DNA of 64,000 bases. It comes from Octopus sinensis (taxonomy: Eukaryota). Below, piece by piece: positions 26,346 to 38,229 of the stretch. Under the pieces are notes generated by a model. The model saw nothing but the letters and a program-made list of their open reading frames with translations. It was not told the DNA's origin and searched no databases. Position numbers and translations under genes: made by a program. How positions within the stretch are numbered: the stretch's first letter is position 1; every line of letters begins with the position of its first letter. The DNA lies in NCBI RefSeq assembly GCF_006345805.1, contig NC_043008.1:26102001-26166000 (forward strand), written 5' to 3'.

Positions 26346-26904
26346 ACCATCATTATAATCATAATGATGAATTCGCTAAAGACTGCTTGAGTCAGCTCAT
26401 TTAGTTTTTCCTTTACATTAGCTTGATGTTATCTTTTCTCATAGGATAGTTTTAAAAGGAAATAATCTCCTTTTGAAAAATTTCATTGAGAATATCCTTC
26501 TTATGTTAATACTCCTTACTCTGCCAACTTGCAGAACATTTTTTACTATCAGTGTTGGTGCTAAGTATACTGACAGCATGTTGGCAATCAGCATGGATAT
26601 GGGCAGGCACAGTACAGTCAGCTTGATTGTTAGGCAGCATAGTAGTAGCAGCAGGGATTGTTGAGATCGAGCCTGATTTATGACAATGCCCACGTGGTAT
26701 TATGTTTATAGTATTTATAGACTGGGAAATAAAATTACACACGTGATTGTTTTGAGAAAAGATGTTCATAACTACCTGTTCTTTTCTGTTCAACAAATAT
26801 CATTTAGTGACTTAATTGCTTCACCAGGCAGTTCAACCCAGTATGATTTCATTCTTTTGCTATGGCCTACTTAAGATATGTAGGTATGCCTGTGTGTGTG
26901 AGAA

Positions 26905-26967
<63 letters not shown>

Positions 26968-27256
26968 GAGAGAGAGAGAGAGACAAAGAGTGTGTGTGTG
27001 TGTGTGTGTGTTTGCTGCATTTATATATGTGACTCTGTTCCTGTGTTCTGCTAAGGACCTCAAATGAAGAAGCCCTTAAATGTTTTACAGATTTTCCCTG
27101 TACCTTTAATAAATTGTATCTGGAAAATAGGAATCGGTTCTTTCCTATTTGGGGGAACCCAAGCATTTTATGCAGATTTTTTGTTACGTAATAAAGTGAA
27201 CTTATGATAACAGGTTCAAATGAATACATATAACCTGAATATAAGAGCTAAGGGTT

Positions 27257-27909
27257 ATTTTTATCAATTCTCTATAGAATTCTCCTTTCCTCTCCTTTTG
27301 TTGAGATAATCTGTTGGACAGTTGATCTCTGCTTTGCAGCACATCCCATACAACAAAATCTGGTGTGGCTAGCAAGACAACTCTTCTTACATATAGTGAT
27401 GTAGATGGTAGTAGTGAGAACATCATGTCTCATGGAGTATGTATATACATATGTACATATATGTGTTGCATGAATTTTTATCAATTCTCTATAGAATTCT
27501 CCTTTCCTCTCCTTTTGTTGAGATAATCTGTTGGACAGTTGATCTCTGCTTTGCAGCACATCCCATACAACAAAATCTGGTGTGGCTAGCAAGACAACTC
27601 TTCTTACATATAGTGATGTAGATGGTAGTAGTGAGAACATCATGTCTCATGGAGTATGTATATACATATGTACATATATGTGTTGCATGAATTTTTATCA
27701 ATTCTCTATAGAATTCTCCTTTCCTCTCCTTTTGTTGAGATAATCTGTTGGACAGTTGATCTCTGCTTTGCAGCACATCCCATACAACAAGATCTGGTGT
27801 GGCTAGCAAGACAACTCTTCTTACATATAGTGATGTAGATGGTAGTAGTGAGAACATCATGTCTCATGGAGTATGTATATACATATGTACATATATGTGT
27901 TGCATGAAT
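27257..27909. repeat. Direct tandem repeat, 217 bp x 3
   Basis: Units start at 27257, 27474 and 27691. They are identical except one A>G in unit 3 (CAACAAAATC vs CAACAAGATC). Confidence 0.96.
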
Positions 27910-27929
27910 ATGTGTGTGTTTGTATGTTT

Positions 27930-28018
27930 TCATGTATGTTTGTAGCTAGGTAGCTAGGTAGGTAGGTACGTACATACATACATACGTACGTACATACATA
28001 CATACATACATACATACA

Positions 28019-28049
<31 letters not shown>

Positions 28050-28150
28050 GTAAGTACGTACATACATACATATGTACGTACATACATACATACATATGTA
28101 CGTACGTACGTACATACATACATACAAACATACATACATAGGCAGTTAGG
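27930..28150. repeat. Compound (CATA)n/(TACG)n microsatellite
   Basis: Directly visible tetranucleotide arrays. Confidence 0.9.
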
Positions 28151-29127
28151 TATGTTTGTCTGTTTAGAACCAAGCGTTTTATTTTCAGCTGAAGCTATGA
28201 GAAAAAGAACTACTTATTTTCCATTATTATAATCCACAGTTATGTTTTATGAACAAAATATCTTGAAGGATGTTAGGAATCAAAGAATACAAATTCACCT
28301 TTTAGGCACAAATTCATATGTGCAGTCTCAGAATTACTGTTATTGATACCATTATGTGTCTTTTGTTCTATGTACACTTGCTTCAACTTTACTATACTGA
28401 GAGAGAGGGAGAGAGTATAAGTGAATGAGAGATGAAGAAAGAGAAATGACAAAACAGAAAGACAAAATAGAAACATGCTTAAAGAGTAAAAGACAGAATG
28501 ATGAAAATGTTTAGATAGATGAATGTAGAGAGTGAAAAAATAGAGAGAAAAGAAGAAAGCTATTGATTTTTAAAAAATATCCACATATACACATATAGAA
28601 ATGCATACACATACATATATATAACGAAATGCATTTACACCCATAAACATATATGTCTATATATTTCCTTTGTTCATTTATTTATTTTACTTCATTATTG
28701 CTGTGGTAGCAAGGGTTGGATGAATGCCTCATATTGAGGCATTTCTTTTTATAGCTACCTGTATTTCACATCACTAATATATGTTTTGAATGTACCAAGT
28801 GGGAGAAAAATTTTGTCAATAGAAAATCCAGCGCTGACACAGACACAAACACACACCACTTACACAAATACATATAAATTCATACATATTATCAATATCA
28901 CATAATTTACGTATGAGTTGTTGAATGACAGGAGCTGCTAATTTTCCTCAGGAGAGAATCCCTTTAAAGATGTATAGTGTTAAAAATCATAGCATATATC
29001 AGAGCTAAACCAAACAGGACAGTCCCAGAAGTGAAAGAGAGCAACAGATACTAATAGGTCACCATTATTTTATTGCTTATTAATGCCGTGTATTTATTAT
29101 ATATGTATATATATATCTATATATATA

Positions 29128-29438
<311 letters not shown>

Positions 29439-29677
29439 AATAAATGTTTTTATATATAATGAACGTGAAATACAGGAAGGGACGAACACGGAACACAGAC
29501 AAATCATTCGAAGCCTTCAATCTTCAGTCAGACACCGAATCATCATAGCAAATTTCGGCTGTTCAATTCTGATATTTGCTCCAACTCGGCCAGCCCCAAG
29601 AAAAAAAACTAAGCTGTAAGCATCAGATTTCTTGGTAGAAGACAGGAATGTGAACATATATATATATATATACTTAT

Positions 29678-31001
29678 ATATTATATCAAATTAGAGATAA
29701 AACCACTATTAGGCAAATCAAACAGTGAAAAACATAAGCCAATACATAAAATTAATTTAAAAATTATTTAAATAATTTAAACTTATAAATTTTAAATATA
29801 TATATACAAATATATATGTGTATGTATGTATATTTTTATATTTATATATTATTTTATTTATTAATTAATTAATTAATTTTTTTTAATATAAATATCAAAA
29901 GTATTAAAAGTTTAATAAAAACCTCGCTAAGATAAGTATTTATATATATTTAAGACCTTTAAATTGTAAATTTTAATATTTTATAAGTCTTTGGTGTAAT
30001 AATATTTTTCTTATGTAAATATCGTTGTTTATGTAATGATCTAATTATCGTAATTTTCTATATAATTATTAGATATTAAATTTAAGTTTATTCGTAAGAT
30101 ATTACTTAGCGATAGATATGTTGATTGATAGTAAGTATACGAGTTGTCTAAAGTTAGGTTTATGCATATACATGTATTAATAGCATTAATTGTAGTTTTA
30201 AATTTCTTATAATTAAAATTAGATAAACTTAAATTAACTTAGATATGTTTCGACCAAAGATTGGTCCAGGCCATGTCTAACTTAATAGCATAACTTAGTT
30301 TTTGTCTTTTTAAATTGATATTTGCTAGTTTCATTCCCATTGATAAATATATTTATAGTATTTATAGTATTTATTCGATACTATATAACTACGAATTGAT
30401 TATTTCTATAAGTATTTTAAATATAAGATTTCCGAAAGTTTGTTTAAGTTTGTTTGTATTTTTGAAATTAGCTATTTCAACTTTAAATATGAAAAATTAA
30501 TTTATTAGGTCTTTTTATATGTGCATATATATATTTATTTATAGAGATTATTTTAGATCTTAATTATAATATTTATATACATTTATATATTTTCATTGAT
30601 AATTTATATATAATAGTCATTAAAAAATATTTTTTTTAATATTTATGTAATTAGATAGACTATTACCGATATTAGATTATTGGTGGTTTCTTACCTTAAA
30701 ATTAAAATTAATATTTACATTATAATCATTTTGATATAATCATAATTGTTAAGTTTTAAGTTTCTAGTTTGATAATAGAGTTTATTATAAGTAAAATTAT
30801 ATTATTTATATCTTTAAAATATTGTTTAAATATTTCTGATTATTTAAAAAATATTTCAATTAACCTGAAGATTGACTGTAACCATAATTCGAATTATTAA
30901 TTGAATTTAAATTATTTTTATTCGAATTGGTACAGCCATGAAACGATCGTAGTGTTTTACTTTTTATCTTTTATTAAACTTTTAATACTTTTGATATTTA
31001 T

Positions 31002-31034
<33 letters not shown>

Positions 31035-31550
31035 TAAATTAATGAATTAATATATAAATATAAAAATATACATACATACACACACATATATATATATCGC
31101 CATGTTGATTCGCTAGCTTCTGCACGCATTTTTTTTTCTTTCCTTGTTTCTCTCCGTGTTTCTTTTCTGTGTATCTTTCTGTTGAAGAGCATAGGCTCGA
31201 AACGTAAAAGACTTGTTTTATTTATATTCCTGAGCGCCATACTAATACAATTGTTTGTTTGTATTCCACCTGCCTTCGTCTTTTGTTTATTTTCATAAAG
31301 CTTCCCGTTATATATATATATTTGTATATATATATTTAAAATTTATAAGTTTAAATTATTTAAATAATTTTTTAATTTTATATTTTTAAATTAATTTTAT
31401 GTATTGGCTTATGTTTTTCACTGTTTGATTTGCCTAATAGTGGTTTTATCTCTAATTTAATATAATATAATATATTCATACTATAAAATTGGATTTAATC
31501 CTAAATCTAATTTTTCCCTGTAAGTTTGGATTTATTCCCTAATATTTTAT

Positions 31551-31600
<50 letters not shown>

Positions 31601-31830
31601 ATAATAATATTAGGGAATAAATCCAAACTTACAGGGAAAAATTAGATTTAGGATTAAATCCAATTTTATAGTATAAATATTATATTATATTAAATTAGAG
31701 ATAAAACCACTATTAGGCAAATCAAACGTGAAAAACATAAGCCAATACATAAAATTAATTTAAAAATATAAAATTAAAAAATTATTTAAATAATTTAAAC
31801 TTATATAATTTAACTTATAAATTTAAACTT
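29678..31830. repeat. Extremely AT-rich nested inverted-repeat (foldback) complex
   Basis: 29678-29920 pairs with 30969-31097 plus 31310-31470. 31330-31545 pairs with 31605-31815 across a ~60-nt (TA)n loop. A further copy of the arm lies at ~60370-60490. Confidence 0.85.
31174..31211 (+). ncRNA. Minimal type I hammerhead-like motif (variant core)
   Basis: TCTTT-CTGTTGA-A-GAGC(ATAG)GCTC-GAAA-CG-TA-AAAGA. Stem I has 5 bp and stem II has 4 bp, with an ACGT palindrome in place of stem III. The conserved A6 is T. Confidence 0.55.
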
Positions 31831-31854
31831 ATAAATATATATATACATACATAT

Positions 31855-32115
<261 letters not shown>

Positions 32116-32229
32116 ATTATTTATACAATATATATATATTATAAAACTTAGGCAAAACTTAGATATGTTTCAACCAAAGATTGGTCCCAGCCATGTCAAA
32201 CTTAATAGCATCTAAATCCTTTTTAATTC

Positions 32230-33150
32230 ACGTTTTGTTTATGGTCCATTCAAATAGTGAGTTCTTGTTGAGTGAGTTGTATCCAGGTATGGGTGGCTTA
32301 TCTGGTATTCTTTGAAGAAATCTTTCCAGACTCCGTTTAAAGGTGATGGGATCCTTTTCCTCTTTGATCTGTTTAGGAACAATGTTAAACAGGGCAGAGC
32401 CTATTGAGGAAAAGAAATTATGTCACAGTGTACCTATATGTTGTGATCCTGAATTGGGCAGGGAATGTATGGCTCATGGTCCTAGCCTTGGATGAACCTT
32501 GAAACTAATGTTCAGGTCGTTTTACCTAAGTTTTATAATATATATATATATTGTATATATAATATATATATATTGTATATATAATGCTGGCGGTATATTC
32601 TCCACATCGTACAAATGATATACCGCTTGCGGCGGTGCTGGAGAGAGTAGAGTTTCAAAGCTTTAAGGCAGTCCCAGTAATCAAGATCGGTCATGCCTTC
32701 AATTCGTTTAGTGAGTGCCCTCTGGGATGATTCAATTCTCGAGATGTTTTGTTTGTATGGGGAGACCACAAGGGGCAGCAGTATTCGAGGTGTGGCCATA
32801 CAAAGGAGGAGAAAAGTGGAATGATGACACCTTGTTCTCTGGACCGGAAGGTCTTAAGATCCAGTAGCTCATCCTATGAGCTATATCGACCTTATTGTTG
32901 ATGTGGACACTCCAACTGAGATAGTTATCAACAATTACACCCAGGTCTCTGATATTATTAGATGCCATGAGCGGTTCCACTGAAGGAAAAGAGTATGGCT
33001 GTTTTAGTATTGACTTTCTTCCAAAATGCATCAACTCAAATTTTCCCTCATTCAGTTGCATTTTGTTTTTGTCTGCCCATTGACTCACAGCATATAGATC
33101 AGACTGGGGTTGAGTTCGGTCTTCTTCTTCATTAATGAGCAAATATTTTC
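32230..33150 (-). mobile_element. CR1/L2-type LINE, RT C-terminal fragment
   Basis: ORF 32732..33142 has QSDL..V.QWA..N.MQLN..KF.LMHFG and RDLGVIVD..LSW..HIN. ORF 32533..32799 has IES.QRALTKRI.GM..L.YW..LK.L.LYSLQ.RR.RY.I. Confidence 0.85.
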
Positions 33151-33364
33151 ACTTTGCAGTGATTTATGATGCTGGAAAGATCTTTTATGTAAATTATAAA
33201 GAGGATATGTATATATATATTATTAATAATTAGGGAATGTAATAATTTCAAGCTAACAGGAAAAAAATTTCAATTTAGCACACTAAATCAAAATTCACAA
33301 TAAATTATATATATATAAAACATTAATAAATCTCCGAACGAGATGTAAACAGTAACCGCTCGAC

Positions 33365-33622
33365 AACGTAAAGTGTACTAGCCATCTGAATGTGGCTAGC
33401 CACTGGGGGTGGGTGTTACTGACGCTTTTAGCCCCAGGAGATCGTCGTCTCCAGCTGGCTTTAGACACAATTTCTGTGCCCTTCTGATATTTGCAAATAT
33501 CAGAAGGGCACAGAAATTGTGTCTAAAGCCAGCTGGAGACGACGATCTCCTAGGGCTAAAAGCGTCAGTAACACCCACCCCCAGTGGCTAGCCACATTCA
33601 GATGGCTAGTACACTTTACGTT
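33365..33622. repeat. 258-bp palindrome (129-bp arms, no spacer, one mismatch)
   Basis: Centre at 33493/33494 (GATATTTG|CAAATATC). The only mismatch found is C33435 vs A33552, and the track shows the same 60-aa ORF on both strands. Confidence 0.97.
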
Positions 33623-33648
33623 ATATATATATATATATTGATGGAATA

Positions 33649-33850
33649 ACTATTGGGTTGTCTGGAAAGTTCGTGCTGATTTTTAAAGGAAAGAAAATGG
33701 TCAATAAATACTTGCCGTTACATTCTTAATCAGCCAAATATGAATCATTTTGTTGCACAATGTATCTCCATCTTTCCTTTAACTTGAAAATACCCTCTTC
33801 CCAGAATTGAGGTGGTTTCATGGCAAAGAATTCATCAAGGTATCTTTTTT
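33649..33850 (-). mobile_element. Mariner 3'-end fragment
   Basis: YLDEFFAMKPPQFWEEGIFKLKERWRYIVQQNDSYLAD C-terminus, plus a TIR-like TATTGGGTTGTCTGGAAAGTTC. Confidence 0.75.
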
Positions 33851-34781
33851 TCAAGTTGATAGTCAAGCCCAAATCATCACAAGCAGAGTCAAATGCAGAT
33901 ACACACACACACACATATACATCTACATATCTACACTAGCTGAGTATACCATTGTTGCTGGGCAATTTTCAAAATAGGATGCTTTGGTAGACTTTGCGAA
34001 TAGCACATTCACATAAGCTGGATTTTCTTTTTCACAAAGATTTAAAAAATTATTTTCCACCACACACTTGCAGATAATGGGGGAAGAGAAGGTTTTTTTA
34101 TGACAAAAAGGTTTGAAAATTTATGAAAACCCCCTCCCACCATCTGGATTAGTTTTGTCCAAACAATGGAAGATGGCTTTTTGGTAAAAAAAATAATTGG
34201 GGAGGGGAAAATTTATGAATTTTTAAAATCCTCCTCCCCCACTCAGTACCAATTTTGCCTATTTTTTTTTTGCACTAAACACTCAAAAATGATGAAAGAA
34301 GCCATGAAAGTTAAAAAGGAAGTTTTGAAAATTAGTGGTTACTACCACAATCCCCACTTTCCTTATTTTCAAACAGAAAATGAAACGTAATTTCAACCAG
34401 CAGTGAAATTTTTTTGAATGTTTTCATTACACTCTGCCACCCTGTAGATCCTAAGATTTCAGTGTTTTTTTGTTTGTTTTTTTCCGAGATTAATATTAAA
34501 TTATAGTTTTAAAATACAGACAGTCTGAATGTGCAATTTGTTTCTCTTTATAATTTCAAAATAATTTTCAAACAAAAAGTTGTGTGATTTAAGGGAGATT
34601 TAACTGTTGTTTCTAGCACATACAATGACTACCTGATACCTTCCTTGTTTCTTTGTCACATGTAATGATGTTTTCAAATATTTTCCCTCCATGAACTCAT
34701 TATTGAATGACGATGCAGTCGTCCATTGCAGGGATGCAACAAAATAGTTTGTAATTTAAATTTCTAACCCTCCATCCTGCA

Positions 34782-34817
<36 letters not shown>

Positions 34818-35739
34818 AAAAACATATTCACAAACAGAAAAGTTTGCTGTGAAAATAAACTATCTTTCATATGCCTTTTTAAAATCACTCTGTTGCTCTA
34901 ATGAAATTCCTTACACACATGCATACACAAACGTAAGCTATATACTTTTATAGAGGGTGAGAGAGAGTGTGGCAAAAATGCATAGAGATGGGGGTAAGTT
35001 TACCAGGAGAAAAGTGAAAAATGGAAGTGATTGGCAAATAGAGAGATCTTCTCTGTTGCTCTCACAGATTTTGATGATGTAAAATTGAGTGGAAATTTTC
35101 ACATCTGGTATATTGATATACTTTTTCAAGCTGAATCTCTGTTCATTTATTCATTTATTCCGGAAAAAAAAATTGAAAAATGTTATAGAGGTTTAAAATT
35201 TGATCAATTTTACCCGATCAGAAAACAGAATTCATACTGGATAGTTGCGATAGAATGAAAGAAAAAATTAGAAGACAAAGTTTTTAAAAAAAATGGAAGC
35301 AATGCAAGAGAGACAATATATATACACAGAGAGTGAGTGATAAAGAGTGATAGATAATAGAAAGAGATAGACTGATGGTGATGCACAAAGAATAGGAGAA
35401 TTGTCCATCAAAAATTTGATTTATCTCTTGCAGCCAAGTATATATTTATTATTATTATTTATGGATAATATTGTATTAAGGATGCAGATTTTGAAAATTA
35501 AATTCATTTTTCTTGGGGATGCACAGTTTCAGAGCCTTTTGGGGCTAAACACACATACATTACATACACTTGCATTTATGCAGTAGATATACAAGAGTGG
35601 GCTGAAAAATTCATTAACTATTATGGAGTGATGCAAGAACTTTGAAATCTTGCAGGCATTAATTTCAATTTCAACCTTTCTTGCCTTGTTTCTTTCCAGG
35701 TAAACTGATATCTGACTGTTGAAAGAAGACATCAAACGT

Positions 35740-36010
35740 AACTAGAAGCAACTTCTCTTGAAAATTGACGATATTTGGCATTGTCACCTTACCAAGCACC
35801 TGCAGAAAAAGAGTTTAGCCACCAACGACATTTATGCTGTCATAGTTACTAAATTAGAGGATGACACTTCAGCTTTATCAACAGTGCAAAAGTGGGCTGC
35901 TGAATTTAAGAGGGAAGGAGAAAGTGTTGAAGATGACCCAAGGTCTGGATATTCTGCAAGGAAAACATTGATTGTATTCACAACATGGTGATAAATGACA
36001 AGCAATTGGC
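35740..36010 (+). mobile_element. Mariner 5' fragment
   Basis: STVQKWAAEFKR.GESVEDDPRSG HTH-region motif in ORF 35758..35991. Confidence 0.7.
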
Positions 36011-36609
36011 TATAAACGAAATAGTTAAGGCTTTTAGCATATCATACTACTGTATGATTTAGAGCTCCACATACATTATCAGCATCCAATCAGCTTCCAG
36101 TATAAATTTTAGTCTACCACTGTACTTAACTATGTTACTAGTTATGATACACTGAACCTAAGTAGTGGAAAATCAATATAAACACATGTATAAATTTATT
36201 AAGTCCAACATACATTTCATCGTTGCAGTTATTTTGAACTCAGCTTTGAATGATCCAAATGCGTTTGTATTGCCTAACTGCAATGAATTGTCGGAAACAT
36301 TTTATTGCATTCTGTTACAAAGTTCTAATATCTGTAACAGATATAATAGTGTTTCCCTGATGATCTATTGTGATTAGGCATCCAAATGTACTTGGAACAT
36401 CCAATACTGAGTTCCAAATAACTGTAATGGGGAAACTTACATAGGAACTAATTAATACTTGAATTTATTTTAATTTTCCACTACACACACACATGCACAC
36501 ACACACGCCCACACACACACGCACACACACGCACACACACACGCACACACACACACGCCCACACACACACGCACACACACACACGCACACACACACACAC
36601 ACACACAAT

Positions 36610-36760
36610 TTTCATCATCATCATCATTAAAACGTCCATTGTCCATGCTGTTTAGGTGGTTTGACAGTAACTGGTAAGCCATAAGACTGCACCAGACTTC
36701 ACTACCTGTCTTGACATGAGCTTTATGACTGGATGCCTTCCCTGACACCAACGACTTTAC
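36610..36760 (-). mobile_element. RTE LINE 3' tail remnant (antisense)
   Basis: (CAT)n followed by TAAAACGTCCATTGTCCATGC..., the reverse complement of the RTE tail. Confidence 0.6.
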
Positions 36761-37189
36761 AGAGTGGGCTATATATGAAACATTTCAAAAGAAGGATAAG
36801 AATCCAAAACATGAAATATTCTTCTCTCTTCACTCTAAATGTGTGTTCAATGAGTGAAACCCATCCAGTTTTGTACACCAGATAATATTAGGTGTAACAT
36901 GGCCTGGAAGGGAGAGAGTATGACTTTTGTATTCTTCCAAGTGATGGGAAGTCCAAAAGCTGTGTCTACTCAAGAGAAGAAATCCATTTCTATTATATAC
37001 TGTGTCTTCTATGTGAACAATGAGATCTGCATCAACAGCATAAAAGAGCACACAAACAAGGTATTGGGAAGTCTTTGATTTTGCATAGAAGCATGTTACC
37101 TGCATGTTTGTATGTATGTTAACACTTGATTTTATGCTACAATAAAAACAGTTTCACATTACCCTGAAGGATTACTTAATACTCTTCGA

Positions 37190-37191
<2 letters not shown>

Positions 37192-37245
<54 letters not shown>

Positions 37246-37331
37246 TCACTACCTGTAATCGAAATCGGAATCTTGGGGTTAAGAGCACGGGCTACTAACC
37301 CCAAGATTCCAAGTTCAACTCCAGGCAGTGA

Positions 37332-37365
<34 letters not shown>

Positions 37366-37565
37366 TACAACATTAAAAAATACCTTAGGAATGAGAAAGA
37401 ACCCAGGTTCGATATTTCCCCGAAGACACCTGATGAAGGCTGGAGCGGGTATCAGTCGAAATGTTGTGTTAACAACAAACAAGATGAGGACAAATATCCG
37501 TCAAATGTAAATAAAGTAAATAATGTACATAATTCCTCATCTCTTAAATATAGACCTGCATAATT
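37192..37565 (+). mobile_element. Composite short element: inverted copy + tRNA-like head + (TAA)n + hammerhead tail
   Basis: The head 37277-37335 has a B-box-like AGTTCAACTCC and an anticodon-loop-like CTACTAA. Its reverse complement lies immediately upstream with (TTA)n, and a hammerhead core follows at 37425-37470. Confidence 0.6.
37425..37470 (+). ncRNA. Minimal type I hammerhead ribozyme
   Basis: GACAC-CTGATGA-A-GGCTG(GAGCGGGTAT)CAGTC-GAAA-TG-TT-GTGTT. Stems I and II have 5 bp each (one G-U in each). The usual ACGT palindrome reads ATGT here. Confidence 0.65.
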
Positions 37566-38229
37566 TAGTTGTATGATAGGTTGTAATGGAGAATTTTTAT
37601 TGATTAAATTTGGGGTTGTTTTATAGTTCAGAAGTTATTCCTGCATGTAGAATGCTGTTATCAGATGTGTATATATAGGTGGGTAATCTTCAGATCATAG
37701 GGATTCACAAAACAATGTAGTTAGATTGAAGGTATGTGTTGGACTGCAGAAGTATTACTTGGTTTAGTTGTTGTTGGTTTTATTTGGATACTAACATGAT
37801 ATTTAACCTTTTGTTTTGAGTTTGTGAAGGTTATAGCTCAGAATTAAGTTTGATATTTAAACCTTTGTAAATAGGTGTGTTATCTTTAAGGTAATAGAGT
37901 TTTAGAGGGTTCACAAAAAATGTAAGTGGTTGGCAGACTTCTTTATCTTTTGTTAGTGTTATTTAGAGTTTTTCACTTGCTTGTACCAGAAGGGTAGTGG
38001 TTATCAGTTAAGCATGTTATGGTGTTATTAATATGGAAAATTTGTGAATCTTATGCTTTAATATTCACAAGAGCATGTAGGTAAGTATAAATGTTGTGGT
38101 CAACATATCTATCTCTAGGGGATCATTGTTCTAGAAGTTATTTGCTTTCTATTTAGAAATTTTAACCATTATGTTTAACAAGGTGAATTTTTGTGGATTT
38201 TTTAAATAAATATTTCTTCTATTTAGTTT

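Noticed and set aside
27257-27909. CRISPR-like or coding tandem array (repeated 123-aa ORFs on minus)
   Set aside because: Whole units are identical with no unique spacers, there are no cas genes and the context is eukaryotic. The ORFs simply run through the repeat.
28290-28387. 98-nt minus-strand exon candidate (IVKLKQVYIEQK...)
   Set aside because: The acceptor pyrimidine tract comes from a (GA)n microsatellite and the peptide is unrecognised. Too weak to call.
29495-29600. Hammerhead-like words on minus (CTGAAGA..CTTCGAA; GGCTG..CAGCCGAAA), also at 5245-5320
   Set aside because: The cores are incomplete (missing A15.1 or CUGANGA) and there is no stem I pairing.
30240-30290. GACCA-ATCTT-TGGTC-GAAA hairpin on minus, repeated at ~32160-32210
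   Set aside because: No CUGANGA upstream in either copy. Only a short dispersed repeat can be supported.
33396-33591. Identical 60-aa ORFs on both strands
   Set aside because: They are a by-product of the palindrome, with no recognisable domain.
37277-37335. Bona fide tRNA gene
   Set aside because: The 5' acceptor/D arm is missing, stems pair poorly and it is embedded in a repeat. Treated as a SINE head.
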